DNA of 62,114 bases, the filler included, from Babesia bigemina (lineage: Eukaryota): assembly GCF_000981445.1 (NCBI RefSeq). It is 8 parts of 8 records of this genome, joined end to end, with 100 filler letters (N's around TTAATTAATTAA, not from the genome) between each part and the next. Parts side by side here need not be neighbours in the genome. Positions count along the whole stretch, not along the records: positions 9,670 to 23,530 come from NW_012236972.1; 7 more parts are not named here. One strand, 5' to 3'. The translations under genes and the position numbers were made by a program. Under the pieces are notes generated by a model that ran no database searches, was not told where the DNA came from, and worked only from the letters and a program-made list of their open reading frames with translations. Below are positions 9,570 through 19,400 of this stretch, piece by piece (position 1 is the first letter of the stretch; every line of letters begins with the position of its first letter).

Positions 9570-9669
9570 NNNNNNNNNNNNNNNNNNNNNNNNNNNNNNN
9601 NNNNNNNNNNNNNTTAATTAATTAANNNNNNNNNNNNNNNNNNNNNNNNNNNNNNNNNNNNNNNNNNNN
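9570..9669. other. Artificial contig spacer
   Basis: 44N+TTAATTAATTAA+44N, stops in all six frames. Confidence 0.98.
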
Positions 9670-9990
9670 CTCTACATCGCCCCTTTACCCACTCTACATC
9701 GTTGCCTAACCCACTCCACATCGCTCCCTAACCCACTCTACATCGCCCCTTTATCCACTCTACATCGCCCCTTTATCCACTCCACATCGCTCCCTAACCC
9801 ACTCTACATCGCCCCTTTATCCACTCTACATCGCCCCTTTATCCACTCCACATCGCTCCCTAACCCACTCTACATCGCTCCTCTATCCACTCTACATCGC
9901 CCCTTTATCCACTCTACATCTCCCCTTAACCCACTCCACATCGCCCCTTTACCCACTCCTCATCGCCCCTTAACCCACTCTACATCGCCC
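9670..9990 (+). repeat. 22-bp telomere-like satellite
   Basis: C-rich on + strand, upstream of copy B. Confidence 0.95.
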
Positions 9991-10180
9991 AAATTACCTT
10001 GTCATTATACCGCTATGACCTTCTTAAACCATTTTAATAACTTGTGCCTTGTCACCCTTCACTTCCCTCTTCCACCTTTTGCCACTGCCATGTCCCATCA
10101 TGTTCACCCTAACTCCAAATCTCTCTAATTACTTCGTCTTATTAACGCTATGACCTCCATTAAACATTATAATAACTTGC
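9991..10180 (+). promoter_or_regulatory. Tandemly duplicated ves 5' leader
   Basis: Two CGCTATGACC...TAATAACTTG units, ATGs at 10015 and 10150, both out of frame with the ves ORF. Confidence 0.6.
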
Positions 10181-10223
10181 TGATACTGACCATTCTCTTA
10201 CTGACGATGCTACTAGAAGAGCC

Positions 10224-13200
10224 TTGAATGACATCCAGTCCAAGTTGCAGCAGGTTAAAAAGCTTGGAGAGAGTCTTAAAGGATTGACTGAAGAAAACAG
10301 TTGTAAAAATCTCTTAGAGAATTTATGTTCCGGCCTCGAAACTTTCCTCGGCTTCAACTCTGAGACTAAAGGCTACGACGGCTCTGGCATTGTGTACTCC
10401 GACCTGGATAGGCTGTGTGACGGGGTGATGGGATTTTTGAGTGGTGTTCTCAGTAACATCCAAGGCCATTTAGGGCAGCATAAAAATGAAATTACACAAG
10501 CAATTGACACTCTTAACAAAAATAAACACGCCGGTAAAAAAGGTTTTAATGTTGCGATTGCGGAGGTGGTCGAAGGGGTGGGGAGGTATAATGATGCTGT
10601 CAGAAATTCCAACAACCATGTCAAGAGCAAGATAGAAAACTTGTATAACTACGTCAAGACGGAAAATGGAGGTAAGTTACGTAGTGAAATTCAAAATATG
10701 CAGGACCCGGAAAATCCCCTTTACTTCGAGTCTGCTGTGTTTAACGCCGAGAATCTAGTTAAGCAAGCTGTTGCCAAATCAACGCACTTTGCAACTGAGC
10801 TTAATAGAGCAACTAAAGACATCAATGATTTTAATTTAGATTGCAAAACTAATGTAAATCACGCACTGAAAAATGTTAAGCACGAAACCGAGCGACTGGA
10901 GCAGTCCGCTGCTAAGGAGGGTCGGGAGCTGAAGGCGACGGAAGATGTAATCAAGACAACGCTTGATATTGCTAAGCAGAAGATTAATGAGAGCATTAAG
11001 GTAGACGTGAAAAAGCTCATCGAAAAAGTTAAGACTGCATTACAGAGTATTTTGACTCAGATGAGGAGGATTAGCAAGGAAATGCAACGATGCATCGCAG
11101 AGTTACAGGAATGGATAAGCAAGGTGGAGAAATTTCTTGGTGAAGATATTGAGAAGCACGTGAAAAAAATTGTGAAGGAAATTAATAAAGATGACTCATA
11201 CGAACTGCCCAACCAAATTAAGATTGCCGTGCAGAATACAAAAACAGCAGTTGTACAGCTTAACGGCGCAGGCGAGGAGGGTAGAAAGCAAGTCGAAGAT
11301 AATGTTAAAGCAGCGCTTGAGCAGGTTAAAGTGATGAATGATAAGCTGAAGCAAGATTTGTATGCCGTTAAGCAAGCGATTAAGGGGGCAATTACTAGGT
11401 TGGGAGAAACGTTGAAAAAGAACGTTAATCAGGACTTGGGGGCGTTGAAGGAGAAAATTACTGAAAAATTCAATCCTATTGCTACCGATGCTACGGAATT
11501 TTTCAAACATTTCAGCTCGACGAAAGGAGCGCTCGATAGAGCAATGAGAGCAGTGGCGACAGATTTGGCAAACATCAAAGATCTCTCTAGAATTGGGCGC
11601 ATCACCGACGTCCTAGGTTTTGTTCCACTTCTCACTGAGATCGGTAAAAATGGACAAAATCCATTCAGTTCTGTTATGGATTATTTCGGGGAGCTGGACA
11701 TTTATGTAATGTCGAAGGTTAGGGAATCAATGAACAAAATAGGTGAAGCGATTCGGCAGTCTTCGCGCAGTGCTCATTCATCGGTTTCATCGGAATTGGA
11801 AGCTGCATTGCGGCAAGCGGAAGGGGATATCGCAAAATTTAGAAGCATTTTTGGAAATGATATGACACGTCGCGATGTTAATTTCGACCAGGTTAGGAAA
11901 GAATTGAAAAACAGGCTTGGAATAGAGTTTGATGTAAAGGGAGATCTGTTGTCTAAGTTTAATCAGTCGCATGGCTCTCATCGTATGTACAATCGCGTAA
12001 ATGTTTATACTCCAAACAAAAATGAAATGGTGTTCAGAGAGCTCGGTCAGATTGCCCAAGCCGTCTCAGATCATTCCGAGGAAATTGTGAAAGCAGTCCT
12101 GGGTAAAATTAAGAGTCAAGTTAAAGAGGAGGTCGAAAGAGTCGCAAATGCTATTAGCACTAAGGTTGCTGAATGTGACGGGCTCCTTTCGAATAAGGAA
12201 CTGAATGGGAAAGTGGAATCGGAAAAGCTAATTGGCCTTGAAAAGTTAGTAAATGATTTCGGAACGAGGATTAACGTGAAGCTGGATAACCTTCGAAAAG
12301 AGCTTGAAACCAAAATTTTCATAAAGAAAAATGTGCGAAGTGGTGGCATCGACAGTGAACAAGATTATGATCTTGGGGCTTCAACTGGTCTCATGACCAA
12401 CTTCCACGCTACCTACGAGAACAACCTCAAAGACGGCGATATCAAAACCGACGGTGAAGCCGGAAAAAGTGTACTCAACACGGAGATCGGCGGGGATAAT
12501 ATGCCACAGGGAGTCAGTGAAGCTAATACAATATCCGATATTAATAAAACGAAATATCAGAATTACGATTCTCAAGTCAACCAAGATAGCCTTACGCTTG
12601 GTGACACAGAACGGTTTAAGGGTGCACTGCCAGCTAAGGTAAATGAAATTAAGTCGCAGGTGGTGAAGGCTCTGCAACCTATGGAGAGTCTCAAGGATGA
12701 TGCCAATAAAGAGTTGAATAAGGTCACCACCATCCTCGATGCCCTGTGCGAATCCGTCAAGAAGAGTGGCGACACCCTTAATTCCAATCTGCAGTTTTTG
12801 ACCGGCACGTATTTCGAGGACTACAATGCGGCCAAACGAAATGCCCCAAATAGCATTAAGAGAATCAAACACCAGCTCAGTGAACTCCATAGTGCCGATT
12901 TGGGCAAAGTCATACAGGAGGCAGGGAAGTTTCTAAACGGCCTCAACTTAACATGCGACTCCACCATCCAGTTGCTCGGGAACTCCGTTAAGGAGCAGAT
13001 CTGCTCAGCCGAAAAGACGTTGACAAGGCACCTTAGGAAACAATACGTTGAGGCTGTGAAACAGTTGTTAACGAAGTTCGCCGACAAGGTAACTGAAGAA
13101 CTGAAGCCGTTGCCCGAACAAATTCAAAAAGACTTGGAGCAAGGCCACAAGAAGTTCATGAAATTATTTGCAGATAACTTCGTTAATGAACTCAGAAGCA

Positions 13201-15755
13201 TAGAAAGTATTAATCCCAAGTCTTCATCCAAAACAGAATCTCCCCTGAGCAACGCTGCGAAAACGTTCGAAAGCTCTTTCAGAGCTTTCTTCAAAGTGTT
13301 CAAAGACCTGACGGACTTTAAGTCTGACTACAGGGTTATTAGGCCAATACATAAAGTGCTGACCAAACTGCTGGAAGACATCAAAAGCTCTCGATATTTC
13401 AATCACGACTTTAACATGAATTTAAATGATCTTAATAGCTCTCTCGCTACCTTCACCCCGTCTAAATCCCCAAATTGCAAAAACCCTGTGATCCTAGAAA
13501 CGCTCAAGAATGGTCTATTGGCCACGTGCGAACAACTTGGTTACGCCTACATCAATACGTATGATAGCATGAGTATAACATGGGTTAGCGAAAGCGACCC
13601 GGACAGAAAACACTGCGCAAAAATATGTATGACTACGTTTCCTGTCCTATATAACGCATTGGCTGAGCTGAAACAGGGACTTGAAAAATCTGAGAAATCA
13701 TGGCAATTGTACACAATGTATAATTCTGGAAATATGGATTCTAGCCTACGTAAGTTATTCTTCGGTGAAAACGGGTACGATGTTGGCCGTCCGGCTACAA
13801 GCCCATATGGAGAGCTAAATCACAAGTCAACATTTGACGGCAGCAACGTCCTAGCTAATCTAAGCAACAAAACGCATAACTTGTTCAGTCCTGGTCACGC
13901 TCGACTTGCCGGTGCTCTCAGCTCAGGAGCACATATCATACCTGTGGAATACGCCGACGAGGACGGATTGATCCCGGACCTCTACGCGTTGCTTAAACCA
14001 TATGCTCAAGTCTGTCACCTATCCACCTTCTCATCGACTAAGTCGCCGTGCAGTGTCTTCGAAATGCTTCTCTGGTGTTCCGGTTTACAGTTCAACGGAG
14101 TATACGATAAGTTGTGTGATTATTGCGATTCACTCTTTGACAAGGTAGCGGATAACGCTGACCCTGAGCACAAAATTCTAGCGCCAATTGCTGCGTATCC
14201 GAAGGCGATTTCGGCGTTTGACGTATCTGCTGCAATTGAACATATCGTGTCGCGCTCATACCAACTGCTGACTGCTGTCCTCGGCACGGGAAACGCATAC
14301 ACCATGTACGCCTGTGACTTCCCTATCAACACTCTCGGGCTGAAATATCCTACCTCTGGCGCAGATTGTCTTGACATGCTGCTTGACGTACTTCGTAGAT
14401 TGTGTCCCGTACTCCATTATCTGTATAGGCAGTGCAATATCACTGCGAATTACGGTGGATGGCGTGACTGCTGGTACGGCAAGGACATAAAGACATCCAA
14501 GTGGCCATGCAAAGTTCATCCCACCGACGTGTCAAATAATGAACGAATGTGCCAGGCAAATTACCAACCAAATTGTCAATCAAATTGCCAAGCAACATCC
14601 CCCTTAATGAGCTATCTTCACGACTCTCTTCCTGGTCACCTGCCTCACGATATATCATCCATCGGCTGCAGGGCTGTGTGTTCTACGTGCCCTAAGGTTA
14701 AGAAAGGCATGCCGTGTCTGACACCTCTCGGTTTCAGGGGGTTTACTGGTAGTGTGAAGACGGGTAGAGAGCTGTGTGAGATACTACGTGATTTCTTTGC
14801 AAACTCATATATAACGACGCTGTTCGGCTTAATGCCCAGACCGCCTACGTCACTACCCGAGCACTTCGAGTTCGCATTGCAATTAGCAAACGTGTTGAAT
14901 AACGATGGTTCTGGTAGAGAGGCTGTTAGTGCAGCTTTCGTCAAATCAACGAAGGATCAATCCATCGACCTTTATAATGAACCATCGAAGCTTACCATTG
15001 CGCTTTGTAATGCTTATAACAGCAACAAAAGGCACGACGGTATGGAGCATCCTAACGTTTCAGACGCCGATTTGTCAACTTTGTCGAAAGAAACGACATG
15101 TAATTATCCAAACAAAAACATTCATTGCGCACCATATCTGTCGACCTTATACAGCGATTACTACTACTATGCTGCCGAAAAGCACACTGCTCTCTACCTG
15201 TCCTGGGCACTGTATTCAGCGTGGACGTTATACGAATATCTGAAATCGTTGCTAGATGCCTTCGGTAACATTTCCTGTCAGGATTGGGGATGTGACAAAT
15301 GCCAACATGGAGGCAAATGTAAACCAGGCAGACATGGCCTTAACTACAACTGCCGATGCAAAGGGCTTGTTGAGTGCCGCGGTGTAAGGAGCATCTTTTA
15401 CGCCTACGGGTTCACATTTGGTAATGCTGAAGTCTTATCTGACTTTGAGAATAAAAGATACTGTCACAATTTCTACAAACAACTGCAGAACGTATTAAAT
15501 TCCAAATGTTTCATTGACCTCTTCCAAAAATGTGACGAATTCATATTCACCATCAGGCAGCCGTTTATATGGCTGAACATCGCACTCTGGTCACTGTCCC
15601 TCTTCTACCTCATCTGCGTGATGGTTGGTCGCCTGGACGTTTTCCACATCCGATCCCATCTCAGATCACCCTCATCGCACACCATCACTGCGCAATCACT
15701 GTTGGCTGCAGCGCAAGTCGGAAGGCTTGCCAAGATAACTTATCTACAACCGTAA
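10224..15755 (+). CDS. ves: ves/VESA1-like variant surface antigen, copy B (~1840 aa); ORF-track start is TTG, first ATG 10428
   Basis: Hub motif, Cys-rich C-terminus, TM, AKITYLQP tail. Confidence 0.85.
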   Translation: MNDIQSKLQQVKKLGESLKGLTEENSCKNLLENLCSGLETFLGFNSETKGYDGSGIVYSDLDRLCDGVMGFLSGVLSNIQGHLGQHKNEITQAIDTLNKNKHAGKKGFNVAIAEVVEGVGRYNDAVRNSNNHVKSKIENLYNYVKTENGGKLRSEIQNMQDPENPLYFESAVFNAENLVKQAVAKSTHFATELNRATKDINDFNLDCKTNVNHALKNVKHETERLEQSAAKEGRELKATEDVIKTTLDIAKQKINESIKVDVKKLIEKVKTALQSILTQMRRISKEMQRCIAELQEWISKVEKFLGEDIEKHVKKIVKEINKDDSYELPNQIKIAVQNTKTAVVQLNGAGEEGRKQVEDNVKAALEQVKVMNDKLKQDLYAVKQAIKGAITRLGETLKKNVNQDLGALKEKITEKFNPIATDATEFFKHFSSTKGALDRAMRAVATDLANIKDLSRIGRITDVLGFVPLLTEIGKNGQNPFSSVMDYFGELDIYVMSKVRESMNKIGEAIRQSSRSAHSSVSSELEAALRQAEGDIAKFRSIFGNDMTRRDVNFDQVRKELKNRLGIEFDVKGDLLSKFNQSHGSHRMYNRVNVYTPNKNEMVFRELGQIAQAVSDHSEEIVKAVLGKIKSQVKEEVERVANAISTKVAECDGLLSNKELNGKVESEKLIGLEKLVNDFGTRINVKLDNLRKELETKIFIKKNVRSGGIDSEQDYDLGASTGLMTNFHATYENNLKDGDIKTDGEAGKSVLNTEIGGDNMPQGVSEANTISDINKTKYQNYDSQVNQDSLTLGDTERFKGALPAKVNEIKSQVVKALQPMESLKDDANKELNKVTTILDALCESVKKSGDTLNSNLQFLTGTYFEDYNAAKRNAPNSIKRIKHQLSELHSADLGKVIQEAGKFLNGLNLTCDSTIQLLGNSVKEQICSAEKTLTRHLRKQYVEAVKQLLTKFADKVTEELKPLPEQIQKDLEQGHKKFMKLFADNFVNELRSIESINPKSSSKTESPLSNAAKTFESSFRAFFKVFKDLTDFKSDYRVIRPIHKVLTKLLEDIKSSRYFNHDFNMNLNDLNSSLATFTPSKSPNCKNPVILETLKNGLLATCEQLGYAYINTYDSMSITWVSESDPDRKHCAKICMTTFPVLYNALAELKQGLEKSEKSWQLYTMYNSGNMDSSLRKLFFGENGYDVGRPATSPYGELNHKSTFDGSNVLANLSNKTHNLFSPGHARLAGALSSGAHIIPVEYADEDGLIPDLYALLKPYAQVCHLSTFSSTKSPCSVFEMLLWCSGLQFNGVYDKLCDYCDSLFDKVADNADPEHKILAPIAAYPKAISAFDVSAAIEHIVSRSYQLLTAVLGTGNAYTMYACDFPINTLGLKYPTSGADCLDMLLDVLRRLCPVLHYLYRQCNITANYGGWRDCWYGKDIKTSKWPCKVHPTDVSNNERMCQANYQPNCQSNCQATSPLMSYLHDSLPGHLPHDISSIGCRAVCSTCPKVKKGMPCLTPLGFRGFTGSVKTGRELCEILRDFFANSYITTLFGLMPRPPTSLPEHFEFALQLANVLNNDGSGREAVSAAFVKSTKDQSIDLYNEPSKLTIALCNAYNSNKRHDGMEHPNVSDADLSTLSKETTCNYPNKNIHCAPYLSTLYSDYYYYAAEKHTALYLSWALYSAWTLYEYLKSLLDAFGNISCQDWGCDKCQHGGKCKPGRHGLNYNCRCKGLVECRGVRSIFYAYGFTFGNAEVLSDFENKRYCHNFYKQLQNVLNSKCFIDLFQKCDEFIFTIRQPFIWLNIALWSLSLFYLICVMVGRLDVFHIRSHLRSPSSHTITAQSLLAAAQVGRLAKITYLQP

Positions 15756-15914
15756 TTGTATTCACATTTGTAATTCACAGTAACTCACGTAACTACTCAC
15801 CTACTCACCTAACAAACAAACGTAGTCTAATGTCTCGAATTACTCGAGCGGCAACCTGTGAACTGGATAGCACCTAGATGAGGTGATGAGTGAACGACAA
15901 TGCAACGTGTCTAC

Positions 15915-16117
15915 CTAACAACCAGGCAAAGTGTTAACCTAGCACACAGGCAAAGTGCTAAGCTAGCATCCAGGCAACGTGTTAACCTCGCACCCAGGCA
16001 AAGTGCTAAGCTAGCACACAGGCAAAGTGCTAAGCTAGCACACAGGCAAAGTGATAAGCAAGCAACCAGGCAAAGTGCTAAGCTAGCACACAGGCAAAGT
16101 GATAAGCAAGCAACCAA
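15915..16117 (+). repeat. 24-bp tandem repeat
   Basis: CTAGCACACAGGCAAAGTGCTAAG units. Confidence 0.9.
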
Positions 16118-16121
16118 ATAA

Positions 16122-16170
16122 AGTGCTGACCAATGCCATGACCAAAGTGGTGACCAATCACCTGACCAAG
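16122..16170 (+). repeat. 12-bp tandem repeat (short)
   Basis: GTGCTGACCAAT-type units. Confidence 0.8.
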
Positions 16171-16175
16171 TTGAT

Positions 16176-16268
16176 GGTCACGGCAGCGATGACATGGTTA
16201 TGGTTACGGCAGCGATGACATGGACACGGCAGCGATGACATGGTTACGGCAGCGGTGACATGGTGACA
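16176..16268 (+). repeat. 20-bp tandem repeat (short)
   Basis: ATGGTCACGGCAGCGATGAC units. Confidence 0.9.
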
Positions 16269-16282
16269 AGAGTGGTGATTAT

Positions 16283-16432
16283 TATCCACTCTACATCGCT
16301 CCCTAACCCACTCTACATCGCTCCTTAACCCACTCCACATCGCCCCTTTAACCACTCTACATCGCTCCCTAACCCACTCTACATCGCCCCTTAACCCACT
16401 CTACATCGCCCCTTTACCCACTCTACATCGCC
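16283..16432 (+). repeat. 22-bp telomere-like satellite (short), abutting ves coding sequence
   Basis: About 7 units. Confidence 0.9.
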
Positions 16433-16439
16433 AATTAAG

Positions 16440-19400
16440 TCCCTTAATGCCGAAAAAGAAAAGCTTTCTTGCCCCTTCAAATACTCTGATAAGGAGACTT
16501 ACTGTCAGTACTACGACAGCCGTATTAAGAAATGTCAAGAGGCTTCAAAAGCTGATGACCGAAAAAAATCAATTTTGCAAAATACTATTGATATCTGCAC
16601 AAAATCTAAAGAAGCCTGTGAAAAACAGCACAATAAATATCCTGAGAGTCAGGCCATGAAGGACATTCAGTCCAAGTTGGATCAAGTTGAAAATCTTCAA
16701 AAAAATCTTAAAGGATTGACTGAAAATGACAATTGTAAAAACCTTTTAGAGAATCTTTGCTCCGGCCTCGAAAAATTTCTCGGCTTCGACTCTGCTTCCA
16801 AAGGCTACACAGGTCAGGGCATTGTGTACTCCGACCTTGACAGGCTGTGTGACGGGGTGATGGGATTTTTGAACGGTGTGCTTGAGGGGGTGAAAGATGA
16901 TGAAGCGGTTAAAACATACAAAGATCTAACTGAAATTACAGATTATGTACAAAAATCAATTGGTAAAGGCTACGGTATTGAAGGCTTTAGGAATGCCGTA
17001 GCCATGCTCCAAAATGGACTGATGTTTTATCACGAGTCATTTGATACATTAACAAGCAGTGTTACTAATAATCTAGAAAAGCTCAGCAGAAATTTAAGTG
17101 GAGATTATAAAAGTGGAATAAACGATAATCAAGATATTGTCAACCAGTTATACTCCTGGAGATCCACGATCAAAACGATACAAAGTAATGTTAAAACCAT
17201 TGAAGTTGAAAAAACTTATAAGCTCGATAATGTGTTGAAAAAAGAAATAAATGCTGAGTTAAAACCCGTAAAAATGTTGGTTGAGCATCTGAAAAGAGTT
17301 GCTGAAAATACTGGTTTTGAGAGCAAGGTTATGGCTGTGGATAGTGAGTTTCGGAATAAAGAAGATCACGTCAGAGAACAAATCAGGCAGCAATCAGCAG
17401 TACTACATGGCAGATTGAATAATAATTTCGAAGAAATAAATCGTAAAATCCATGTCATCGGAAAAGTGCGTGATGACGAGTTGGAACATTTGTTAAAACT
17501 GATGAGGGAGTTGGTTCAAATTTCAGACTCATCATACAAAGCGGTAAAAAAGTTGGTATTTGAATATGAGAAGAATATTGTCAAACAGTTAGGAGTCATT
17601 GATGTTATGGTTAATGGTATTATTACGGATGACATCTCCAAGCAGCTGCAAGATGTTTCCTCTCAGATCAGTTCGCAGTTAGATACGCTTAGCCGTCAGG
17701 TAGTGATTCTTGGTGGACTGGCTGCAGAAGCTCAGATGGAATTGCCGCAACAATTGAGTAATATCGAATCTGAATTGAGCAAAGAAATTGAGCTTATTAA
17801 GCAGCAAATTATTAGTGGAATTACGCTTTGTATAAAAAATATTCTCGGAGAGAAAATTAAAAACAAGCTTCAATGGTTTACTGGTAAAGTTGCTAAAAAC
17901 GATAACGGTGATGATGGTCTCCTTGATTTGGTCGTTTCAGGCGTGCATACATTTGCGGACAAATACTCGAACAAAAGCAATTTTGAAAAGGATGTTTTGC
18001 CAATATGGATTGCAAACATTTTGGAGGCGGAGCCAGTGAGAGGTTATCTGGACAAATATGTCGGAGATAATGGGATAGAAAAACTTAAGGCGCCGTTTAA
18101 CACTAGAGGAAACAATGGAATCAATGCAAAGCTCAACGAAAAAATCAAAGAGCAGATGGTTTTAAAACTCAGTGATAACGTCACGGAACAAGCTACATCT
18201 ATCCTTCCATCGAGGCCAAATGAGAGCATCGCAGACAAACTCTGTGACGTTCAGAAATTGTGCAGTAAATTCGCCGATGAGCTCAGTGGAACGCTGCACC
18301 CTGATAAACTTAAAGAAAATGGCAACATTTTTTCTACCTTATACAGGGCTATAGAAGGTGACGTTAAAAAAGGTACTGAATCCCCGAATAGCTTTCATCT
18401 TATCAATGCTCTTCACTCGTTATTCCCAGCGCTTGTTTCAGCTGCGAGGCACGTTGCTAAAGAACTCGAATCTTTCACCGACGGGGGACCTATAAACCTG
18501 GGCAGAAATGTCATATCGGCTATAGAAAGGGTGAAGCAGCTTGGCAGCACTCTTGAGAAAGAGATTCAAAAGACAGATCGTACACACTATGATATCGCTG
18601 ACACACTTGGCAAGCAAATGAAGGACGAGCTCGGTGCAGCGGCCACCAAAGTCAACTTCAACGGCTCCCTTAATCCGCTGGTCAATGCATCAGCTACGAA
18701 AGGCATCGAAGTGTTGAATGCAAAAATAAACAGCATCATACGTGATAAACTTGATGATATTAGTCCTTCTATTCGAGGCCTAATTAATAGGCTAAAGAAC
18801 CCAGGCAACAGGGTGGGCAATGTCCGACAACTAGTCGATGATTTGCAGGGGAAAATCGATAATCTCAAATCTTCGGTGAGCGGTACTGATGCCATAGCGA
18901 ATGGTTACATTAAGGATCAAGTGAGTTCTGTAAGTCAGCGTGTTGCCGACCTTAAGTTAAGAGTTACGGCTATTAATGAAGCAATCGAGAAGTTTGACAC
19001 AGCGCTTCGAGATTCGCTAACTAATGCCACTAATGCCGTTAACACTACGCGTCAGCAAATGAGTGACCGTATTGACGAACTGGAGGGGCAACTCACTCAG
19101 ACTGCCAAGGAAGCATTCGCCACCGTCAAAAGTGCAGTGCAATCGATGTTCGCCGAGGGCCACAAGGCGGACTTGACAGCTCTACAAGGATTGGTGGACA
19201 AGCAGAAAAAAGCGATCCGGAAGCTCATTGACGCGGACAAAGAGATCGGCCTGAAAGGCCTGTTACAAGCAATGTACACAGACGAAGGAAATGAAATAAA
19301 GAAATTACTACTTGACAGCGTTAGCGATGGTGAGAGGTTTAAAAAGTTATGTGAGAAGTTCAACGCGTATTTAAGACTCATCTTCACATACATCACGGCA

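Noticed and set aside
9570..9669. TTAATTAATTAA palindrome within N runs (7 times)
   Set aside because: Standard artificial six-frame-stop spacer, not biological; the ...LIN ends of some ORFs come from it.
8792..10224. Head-to-head ves pair resembling the B. bovis locus of active transcription
   Set aside because: The two genes are on different contigs joined by a spacer, so adjacency and orientation are unsupported. The same applies to the inverted 22-bp arrays around 23531 and the convergent H/I pair.
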